Positions 54,017 through 64,000 of a stretch of DNA of 64,000 nucleotides are shown here, in pieces. Below the pieces are notes generated by a model, which ran no database searches, had not been told where the DNA came from, and saw only the letters and a program-made list of their open reading frames with translations. Position 1 is the first letter of the stretch, and every line of letters starts with the position of its first letter. This stretch comes from Eledone cirrhosa (Eukaryota), in contig OZ024740.1 in NCBI GenBank assembly GCA_964016885.1, positions 44,516,001 to 44,580,000 of the forward strand, written 5' to 3'. The translations under genes and the position numbers were made by a program.

Positions 54017-54959
54017 TTTCGTATTTCATAAGAAATATGGTGTGTTTAAAATAAACATTTAGAGAACCATAGCTATGCCAAAACACCAGTGACTAACACT
54101 GTATGGCAGTGTCCACCAGAAGCAAGGGGGACAATCATGGGTGCACATTTTAAACTGAACTGGTCTCATCAGTACGATCCCTCCCACTCTTGCAACTTCT
54201 GGACTTTAAAAGCAGGCAAGAATATATGGTTTTTTGTCTGTGTAAATGAGGTGATTAATCTCATTTGCATATGAAGCTGTATAAGTTGGCTCAAATATAT
54301 ATATATATATATATGTGTCATCATCATTATCATATCCTGATAAAATGTTTTTCCTTTTTTTTCCAGCCTTCTCTTTCTCCTATGTTTACTCATTCCTGAT
54401 AAAGGACTAGCATCTAATACATTAAGCAATTCTTTTTCCTACTCCCACAGGTGGAAAATTAATAAGACTTTGTGGAATTGTTTTCTGTGTTTGTTTGTTT
54501 TTTAATCTTGAACTGTAAATATATATCTTGATGATGATGAGTGTGTGTGTGTATATGTATGTATGTGTGTGTGTGTGTATATTCATGTATGTAGCAACAA
54601 CACCACCCTATATATGTGTGTAGTAATCCAATAAGTCTTTCATCAGTCAACAACTGATCAATTATAGCTAATATAAAGTATTTTCTGGATTAAAAGAGAA
54701 TATTTGTATATGGAGTTGAAAGGAAATCTAGCCATGGATCTTAAAATCATATTTTTTCAACTTATCCAAAAGACTCTAGCCTCCTTGCTAAAGACATTGA
54801 TGGATATTCCTAAATAGAAAATATCAAACACCTTTCTTCTCTCTTTGTATCAGATGGATATAATAAACAAGGCATTTATAGAAATATATAAATTCACAAC
54901 ATAGAATCTAAAAAGTTGTTGTGCATATCCAGTTTAGAATAGGTACACCATATTCCAGC

Positions 54960-55088
54960 ATAACAATGATAATGATGATGATGATCATCATCATCATGGT
55001 CATGATGTCAATGACATGATGGGGATAATTATGATCATAATGGTGATGATGGAGATGATGATAGTGATATAGATGATGATGGAGAAGA

Positions 55089-55122
<34 letters not shown>

Positions 55123-55160
55123 GATGGAGATGATGATGATGGGGATGATGATGGTGATAT
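54960..55160. repeat. (GAT/GGT)n degenerate microsatellite
   Basis: Direct reading. Confidence 0.9.
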
Positions 55161-56945
55161 AAGAAGTGTGTTAGAAAAGTAACAGGACTTAGTGTGCTGT
55201 GTGAGCTATGGGTGGGGTAGAGATTAGCTGGTTGCATCACCGTGTGACGTAATATCCGGAGAATATATAACTATGATCTCAGCTCTCTGCATCCATTGTA
55301 TATTTTCTCGTGTGTTTTTGCTAACAGATCCTCAATTTTAGGCTGCAGAATATCCCGGGAGAAACCTTCCAAGAGTGCATGGGGGCATGATGGAGAAGGA
55401 TGGGAAAGTGCTTTAGACTCAAGGGGAATTATTTCAAATGGGAAAACTTGTAGTTTGTAGTTTGGATTTGATACAATAAACACCACTCTGGCTTGATACA
55501 ACCAACTTTTACCTCGTCCATCCAAATTTCTCTGGCTTTATTGTGCTTATGTAAGAAATCAGTATAACAAACTAAATATTAACTGCACAAACCCCACCCA
55601 GTTGTCTCTCCCCAATGAATAAGAAAACATAAAGAGTCTATTGGTGATACTGTTCCACCTCTTCTCTTTAACAAATATGAAATATTTCTTTAGAAAAAGT
55701 AAGAGATTGTTGTTTTTGTAACCATTTTCATAATAAACTGCCTGTAACTGTGGCTGCTTCAATGTTATTAAACTGTTTATTCTAAAGTGTTTATTTATAT
55801 CTAAAAACCTTATAAAATGTTATGTAAGGGCTTGAGAGACCTCTTCAGTTGTGTCAAAGGAACAACAACCTCACTAGAGTTCTTGATATGGTAAAACACA
55901 GCCCATACACTATGTAAAGTTGTTAATGATAGGAAAAGAATCCAGCTATAGAAAATAAAGGGTTAAGAGGACTCTTCAGTTGTGTCAAAGATATAACGAC
56001 CACTCTAGGGATGATGCCGTGAGAAAATGCACCCAGAAATGAAAATAAGTAATATGTGGCACCCAGCCTGTTTGTGGGGTCAATAGCTCTTTAAATACAA
56101 CCATAGTCTGTGATGACGCATCAAATCTTGCTAGCAAGGAAAATAGACATATAATGATGATGATGATGATGATAAACCGTTGTTAAGCGATGTTCTAAAA
56201 ACCAGCTTGATAATAAGAAATTTTGTGATGTAACTAAATCCTTCCAAATTAATGATTATCTTGAAAATGATTTGAAAATAATGGGTAGTAATATTCATTA
56301 TAAATCTAGTCACGAATGGGTTAAAGAATGATAAGATAGATAATGTTGATTTAAGTTACAGAACTATTGATAGAATCTCAATGTAACAAAGATAAAAATG
56401 GTGTTAAATATCTTAAGAAATAGATAGATCAAGATAACGAGTGTTGAGAGGAATTAGAAGTACATGTGCTATATTTATATATGCAAGAATAATGCGTGCA
56501 AACATCAGTGCACTGTAAATAGATGAGGCAATTAAGACAAGCAAAAATAGCAATCTCGTAACTTGATGTCATTTTAGGAATGATATCTGAAGGGAAAATT
56601 AGGATATATTTCAATACTTATAGTTATATATTCTTTTACTGGTTTCAGTCATTGAATTGCAGGCATGCTGGGGCTGAGGTACTGCCCTCAAGATTTTAGT
56701 TAATCATATCAAGCCTTGTAATGTATTTTAGATACTTATTTGAACAGTTTCTATTTGTCAAACGGCTACGTTACAGGCCATAAAGTTACACAACATAAAC
56801 ACAGGCACTGACTTATGCATAGATATATATATATATCACCATCAACATTTAATGTTTTATTTACTCAGGCTAGCAAGAGTTTGACAGGTCTTCATAGACC
56901 AAGTACTTAATGAGAGCTACTCTCATATATATATATATATATATA

Positions 56946-57346
56946 TTTGTAGTAAGGTTGCTTGGATGCATCCATAGGCGGTATGCCAGTTGAACACTCT
57001 GTGCTCCTTCGGAGCAGAGTATGATATGGAAAACAAAGAATCAGTGATGCATTGAAACACAATTTATTACGCATTACAATTGTTTCTCCAGCGAACAGCT
57101 CAAGGTGCGATCTGTTTGTGGATCGAACCTGACTCTGGATTTGCAAGTTCCTCAGATGCATCTAATGACTTCGAAGCAAATCCTCAGACAGAGGATTTGC
57201 TTCGAAGTTATTAGATGTATCTGAGGAACTTGCGAATCCAGAGTCAGAGGATTTGTCACAAATAGATCGCACCTCGAGCTGTTCGCCGGAGAAACAATTG
57301 TAATGCGTAATAAATTGTGTTTCAATGCATCACTGATTCTTTGTTT

Positions 57347-57356
<10 letters not shown>
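56946..57356. mobile_element. Palindromic Penelope-like end pair with two hammerheads
   Basis: Arms about 57020-57185 and 57191-57356 with a 5-nt loop; left tail 56946-57020; TA flanks. Confidence 0.8.
57215..57308 (+). ncRNA. Type I hammerhead ribozyme; inverted copy at 57069-57161 (-)
   Basis: atgtat-CTGAGGA(57221-27)-a-cttgcgaat...gttcgccgg-a-GAAAC-aatt-GTA(57300-02)-atgcgt. Confidence 0.8.
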
Positions 57357-57384
<28 letters not shown>

Positions 57385-60300
57385 TTTAAGATGGACAGTT
57401 TTGCATTTTAGAAACAGAGGCTGTTTCAGGCAGTTTGGTATCAATAGAATTAATTGATAATTTACCTTGTACTGATCACATAATATATTTGTGTACTTTA
57501 AAGAAAATATTAGATACTGAAGTCGTGTCAATTTTACAAAATAGTTGTTTCTTGTAAATTGTTTCTATTTGTGACCATATTTTTGTGACAATATTTCCAA
57601 TGAAAGACAATATCTATAATTCTCAAATAATTTCGAAAATAATCAAAAATTTGGAGAGATTTAATAATATAACTAACTTTCCTATTATTATGCTGGTGTT
57701 TGGAATATAATTTAGGAAAGATCATTACATAAAATTATGATAAAAAGGTTTTTTAATAAATATAAACACTTTAAAACAAATAGTTTAGTATTACAGAAAA
57801 AAGGGTGGTCTCAGGTGGTTTGGTATCAAATGGTTGAAATATACACTGCACCCCTCCCATCTAGAGCATAGCAATGAAGAATTCCATTATTGTAAGTCTC
57901 ATTAATGTAATGTGACACATTGATATTTTGCTTGATAAATCCCTTGATAAAACAGTCTAAATAAGCAATGATAAGAGTCAGTAAAGCTATGTAATATAGC
58001 ACATAATGTCCTGTACTACATCAAAACACAGCAACTAAGCATTCTTGAAAAGTACAAGACATCCCAGTGTTTACATCAGATTAAAAGGAAATGACGAACT
58101 CTCTAAAGTAAGGGGGATAACTAATAGTTACAGCATAGGAAGATTATTTTTTTTCCTAAATCTGACAGAATGAATAATTTTATAATTGTTACATTCATTT
58201 TTTTTTATATACATGTATATTATATACAATTAATTATTGCCAGGAACCTTATGAATATATATAAAAATATTATTATTTTATTATTATTATAATTTTAAGT
58301 AAGAACCTTCATTACGTTATATTACAGCTTAACAATAAGAAGGTCAGTTCTATGTCCTATAAATGCACCTTTGATGAGTTGTAGTGCACCTGAGCACTGT
58401 ACACAATAATTTCATTATTATAATTAAAGCAATAGAAAAAGAAACCATCAATTCAACACTAAGTCTGTCAATCAGTTACACACCACAAGGGTAATCAGAA
58501 ATTTTTGAAGCAAACCAACACGCTTGCAGCATTACCACAGGTGATGGCGAGGCTCAGGTACTGAAACAACCAAGCACTAATAGTTCCTTCTGGCCTTCAG
58601 TTACACATGATTAATATGTCAAGTCGCTCCTGGGTGCTACAGGTAACATGTAATGCTGTACACCCTGTCATGTGGTCAAGTCATCAATGATTAAACCAGG
58701 AACCCCACCAAGTTTTCTTGGTAAGGAGGGGATTTTGGACCTCCTGAAGGATGAAAAACTAAACCTGACAATGGGCAGAGGAACTCATGAGAGTCAATGG
58801 CCATCCAATAGTGTATATATATATATGTATGTATTGCATGGATGTGTAAATAGTTATATGTTAATTTAAAAGTGTGCAGAGCTGTAGTAGCTCTCATTGG
58901 TTGGCACTGGAAGGTCTTTTGTGGGTACCCCTGCGTCTCAGTGGCTGTTCACCATGCCAGTCAGTGAACTGATGACATGCAATATATGCTCATAGAAGCT
59001 GAACGCCTAGCTTCTCTCAGTTTGAAGACTAATGTATATGGTGAAGAGCCACATCCTACACCAGGTCCCTCTGATATGGCTATCATGGGATAATCTAGCA
59101 GAACAGGTCAGATCTAGAGGAGTAAGCCTCGATAAAAATCCTGCTTGTCTCATAGTAAGCAGTAGTTCATGCAGCAACCATTAATTTAATTTGATGACCT
59201 CAGTGTCATGAACACCACTGGCTTTGCAGATGATCGACTATTAATTCAACAATGAGTTGGCATAACTGCACCAGTTAGTTGAGAAATTTATGAGTATGCA
59301 GGTGTGATGAGCTGTATATATTCTAGCCATTAGAAAAAGCAAAATGCTTCACCTTCGATGGAGGGATGACTCAAGAAGAAGAATATTTCAGTAATCTATG
59401 TGTTGTATTTTATCAAATTGTATCTACATTTCCCCTGCCAATATTGTGTTTTAAAGGGTAACTTCATACATTCTATTAGTAATGATTTAATTGATGAAGT
59501 AATAGCTGATAAAAATATTTTGCTTTTGAAGATGTTTGTGATGCATGTCTGATTATGTATTTATGTATGGAGTGTAACTCCTGATGGGGCCTTAGGAGTC
59601 TGTAGTCTTGAGCATTTTAAACCTGGTTGAGCCTATCCCTCTCCAAGTTTGAACACAGCTGATTTCTTTTAGAGAAAATGAGAAAATGACAGACAGGAAG
59701 TAAAAAAAGAGATATAGATGAAGAAATGACTTGTTATTGAACTGGTACTTTTTTTATTAACCATAGTTGATCCCAATGGGATTCGAACTCAGAGACCACA
59801 GAGAGCCAGAGTGAATACTGCGACATGTTCTATCAGATGTTCGAATGACTCTACCAATTTACCAGCTTGTATGATAAGGTTGGAAACTAATTGCTTTTTA
59901 TTTATTATTAAAATTTTTCCTTACATCATGATTTTTGAAAGCCATTAATTTCTAAATTTATAATATATTAAATCAACATTCATGCATATGCAACATTATT
60001 CTAAAACAATATTGACTGTCACATTAAACTTTAAAATCTTTAGTCTAATATTACAAATTTTCACAACAGCCTGTTCACTAGTAAAAGTACTGTTAATATT
60101 TCAATTAACAAACATTTTATTTTTGTTTTCTTTTTTATTGAATTTTCTGTTATGATGTCAAAAGATAGAGTTTTAGTTATATAGAATTGGCCTTGGTGTT
60201 CTGATCCTTCAATTGTTTAGAATATAAATAATAATAATGAAATTATTGTCCAGTACTCAGGTGCACTACAACTCATCAAAGGTGCATGTATAGTACATAG

Positions 60301-61198
60301 AATAATGTAAACCCCTGTTTGTTCCTTATCAAACAGACTTATCATAAAACAGGTTCTAGCATCGTTTTTCTTTTTTCAGGCATAGTGTATCTAAGACTAC
60401 AATATCTAATTTATCCAAATTTCATAAGATAGTAGGAAAGGAAAGGAGCTAATCATCAGATTGGAATAATGAAACTATTTTTCCATTGGACTCATTGCTG
60501 GTAATATCTGCTGATTACAATTCCTGACAGGTGTTTCACTGGCAACAGGAGGAGACATTTGAACTCAGAATGCACAAAGTTGGAATAAACACATGAAAGA
60601 ATCTCATCTGACTTTTTAACTTATTCCACCAATTCACAGCCTCTAGGCTTAAACTTTATTTATCAACCACAAAAGGATGAGAGACAAAATCGACTTTAGC
60701 AGAATTTGAACACAAAACTCAGGAAACAGAAATAAAAACCCAAACATTTAATCCACAACTCTAATGACAGATGACTCTGTCAATTCACTGCCTTATTAGA
60801 AAGTAGTATATAGAAGAAAATAAATTTAGCTGCTTTTTCTAGCAAGATCTGCAACTATAGAGAGGCTGCCTCATTGAGTCATTTAAGGTGTGTATATCAT
60901 TGAAGTAAAGACTATTTCTAAATTAACAAGTTCTTGTATTTACAGACATGTATTTCAGTTGTTAATGTTTGGCAGCTGGTTAAATAGCATTAACAGTGAT
61001 GAGTAAGGTACAAGAGTGGAGCTGGATTTGAAAAATGTCTGCCAGTTTAGGAAGAACAGTATCAAAAGTGTTCCCAAAGGGGAGAACAATTTTCTGGAGA
61101 AATTTGCACTTTAAACTGTAACTGAATTTATGGTGATTAACTCATGCATACAAAGATAAGATATATATGTTTGATATCACTGGCGCTCCCTCTCTATA

Positions 61199-61234
<36 letters not shown>

Positions 61235-61352
61235 TATATAAGTTGGAATAGAATGAAACGAAATTTCATTTCTCACTCTTAGTACGGCACTTACTTAAAT
61301 GTAAGTATGTATGTATACGTACATACATATATGTATACAGACGTACAGTAGC

Positions 61353-61386
<34 letters not shown>

Positions 61387-61536
61387 GCAGGTACACATAT
61401 ATATATGTACATATCAGTTTAGCGGACGTTTATTATAACGCTCGCTTTGTCCGTTTGTAAACAAACTGACAGCCTGATTTATGCCGTACGGTGTTAAGGC
61501 AACCACGTCACCTTTTTGTTCAACACTGACACAGGA

Positions 61537-61579
61537 ACGATGTACTAGTTTCAAGCTTGTTAGCTATCGTCAGCACCGT
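61537..61579 (-). ncRNA. Minimal type I hammerhead ribozyme (probably works as a dimer) in a CpG-rich insert at about 61412-61666
   Basis: Minus strand: acggtg-CTGACGA-t-agct(aaca)agct-t-GAAAC-ta-GTA-catcgt; palindromic ACUAGU stem III. Confidence 0.85.
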
Positions 61580-61664
61580 ATACCCTTCTGCCAGATGGTT
61601 GAACGTTCAAAAGTATATACTTTCCTTATGAAAATTAACGGCTGAGCAGCTTAATTTGCATATC

Positions 61665-61725
<61 letters not shown>

Positions 61726-61729
<4 letters not shown>

Positions 61730-62049
61730 TGGTTAAAGCATTGGCCTTGCAATCGAAAGGTTGTGAGTTCAATTCTCAGACGGGGTGATGTGTTGTTTCC
61801 TCGAGCAAAACACTTTATTTCACATTGCTCCAGTTTACTCAGCTGTAGAAATGAGATGATAGGGACCCCAGTCCACTTTGCAGTGGAATGATAGGGACAA
61901 AGTGGTCGTGGAGGTGCCACGGCAAAAAAGCACCCACCACTCACTGTAAATGAGGTTGGTGTTAGGAAGGGCATCCGGCTGTAGAAATCAAGCCAGAATC
62001 AGTTCTTTGCAAGCAGGGAAAAGTGGACGTAAAATGATGATGATGATGA

Positions 62050-62052
<3 letters not shown>
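61726..62052 (+). mobile_element. SINE family B
   Basis: Head, core, RTE tail and (GAT)n. Confidence 0.9.
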
Positions 62053-62117
<65 letters not shown>

Positions 62118-62764
62118 TGTTTCTACTTTTGGCACAAGGCCAGCAATGATATGCATGTGATATGTATGTATAATTGTATTATATTCCTTATCCACAGGTA
62201 AATGGAAATACTCAGTATTGTGCCTGGGTGTGTAGTTAGCCCACCAGGAGTGGGAGATTCCTGGTCTTTGTTATGACATCATTCTAGGAGAAGAAAAACT
62301 TTGATGTATAACCTGTGCTGTGCCTCACTGGCAGCCAATGTTGTTGACCTGTTTCTTCTTTTTGGTTGCCTGTCACAGTTGTTCGGATAGTGGAATTGGC
62401 CCAGTACATAGTCTTTCTTCACTTAAAAAAAAGTTTGGAACACAGGCATCACTTGATTTAAACATTTTTCTTGGGTGTTGCATGAGCAAGACTTGCCATG
62501 GCTTAGAAAGGCTAAAAATTCATGTTTGCACCACCGATGTATAAGAAAATGATTTAAGTGATGGTAATTCTCAATATTGAGATGCAGCCCTTATACTGAC
62601 AAATGAATGCAAATAAAATTTAAGAAATTGGAAATGTAAGATGATTCAACTGGTTGAATTCTTTTATGTTATTTTATATAAGATAGCTGCTCATCCCATT
62701 AATGGTTTCTTCTTTTGATGTTATAAATACTTTATCAGATCACTTAAGATTAGTTTCAAGCGTT

Positions 62765-63252
62765 TCATCATAATCATCATCATCATCATCGTTTAACGTC
62801 CATTTTCCATGCTAGCATGGGTCTGGACAGGAATTGTCCCACTTGAGGCAAGATTGATTGTCTTGCTCAGGACTGTCTGGCGGGTTTTCTACGGCTGGAT
62901 GCCCTTCCTAACACCAACCACGTTTACAGTGTGGACTGGGAGGTTTTTACCGTGTTCCCTACACGGCCACATTACAGCGTGGACTGTGTGTTTTTTTGTC
63001 GTGACACCTACACAACCTCATTTATTTAGGACTGGATGTTGTGGTACCAACATAACTTTACATCGGAGGGAGGGAGGGTGGGGGTGGGGGGGTATTTTGG
63101 TAAGAGGTGCCAACTGACTGTAGGTTTCGCTTTGCACCTAGGCAAGGGTCTTCTGTATTACTGCGTAGCGCCAAAGATCTCGGTCCAGTGACATTGTCTT
63201 GGAGAGGTGTAAGTATGTAAGGTCGGAATCTATCAAGTCGTCCCAGGTTTTT
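62765..63252 (-). mobile_element. RTE LINE 3' fragment
   Basis: Reverse complement of 37235-37740 (KTWDDLIDSDLT... through (GAT)n). Confidence 0.9.
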
Positions 63253-63624
63253 TACCCAAATATTTACCCCAGGAAATCATGCAGTGGTTATAAACTCTAG
63301 ATCTATCTAATCTAATTTCTCTTTGAGTACTTAGGAGAATATTATCATATGTAAAATGATAGCTCTATCTCTATCATATAAAAGGTGAAGAGGTTAGTAA
63401 AACTCTATAGATAAAACATTCCAAAATTCCTTAAATAAATGTGATAACAAACGTATGATATTAGAAAACTTTCAAAATATCTAACTATTTTGGAATGTCA
63501 GTTACATTTTTTGGTATAAAAATATATCTGAAATATATATTTAATTATGATAACAAATTTAAGCTCTCTCTAAGACTATAGAAAATTATCATCATCCTCA
63601 TTGGGTGACTACTGTAACAGATGG

Positions 63625-63850
63625 CTACAATCCTCCTTCACCCATTACAGCTTTCCTAACCAGTTGTGGTTCACTGGTCAACTGGTCAACTGGTATGCTT
63701 TGGCCATCTTTCCATTACAGTAGCAGACAACCACATTCTTTCTCCATTCATTACAGCTTTCTTAATTAGTTGGGATTCAGTGGTCATGTAAGTAGCCTTG
63801 GGCATCTTTCTACTATAGCAGCAGATGACCATAATCCTCCTCCAACCACT
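63625..63850. repeat. Degenerate tandem repeat of about 105 bp
   Basis: cattacagctttc...cagtggtca...ttgg.catcttt..a.ta.ag.agcaga occurs twice. Confidence 0.55.
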
Positions 63851-64000
63851 GCAAGTAAACCAATTTGATTACAGACCACCTGAAACCACCCTAGGATTTA
63901 TAACACTAAGCTGTTTATTTTAAAGTATTCATAGTTAAATTTAAACCTACAATCAAAATTTTATGTAAAAAATTTTGTTTAAAATTTAGCAAAATAAGGG

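Noticed and set aside
61652-61662. Octamer ATTTGCAT suggesting an snRNA gene
   Set aside because: No recognisable snRNA body; the region is better explained by the hammerhead-containing insert.

Overview
AT-rich, repeat-dense animal genomic DNA with (TA)n, (CA)n, (GA)n and (GAT)n microsatellites. The SINE and RTE content resembles an octopus/coleoid cephalopod; this is inferred from repeat types and not verified. Only one convincing host-gene exon is visible: a phase 1-1 fibronectin type III exon on the minus strand (40111-40419). The rest is mobile DNA: two young 5'-truncated RTE LINEs whose RT carries an inserted PHD-like C4HC3 finger, many RTE 3' ends, CRE-, R4/Dong- and Tx1-like LINE relics, two tRNA-derived SINE families, piggyBac-type MITEs, a non-autonomous Helitron and a probable solo LTR. 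The most striking signal is missing from the ORF track. About a dozen insertions from many different sequence families sit in (TA)n/(GA)n tracts as foldback palindromes: two inverted copies of a 3' end joined head-to-head, usually with one arm carrying an extra tail. Many arms contain minimal type I hammerhead ribozymes, and one palindrome still holds a Penelope GIY-YIG endonuclease. Together these suggest a diverse family of microsatellite-targeting, hammerhead-bearing Penelope-like elements. Coordinates were read by eye, so boundaries of degenerate elements are approximate.
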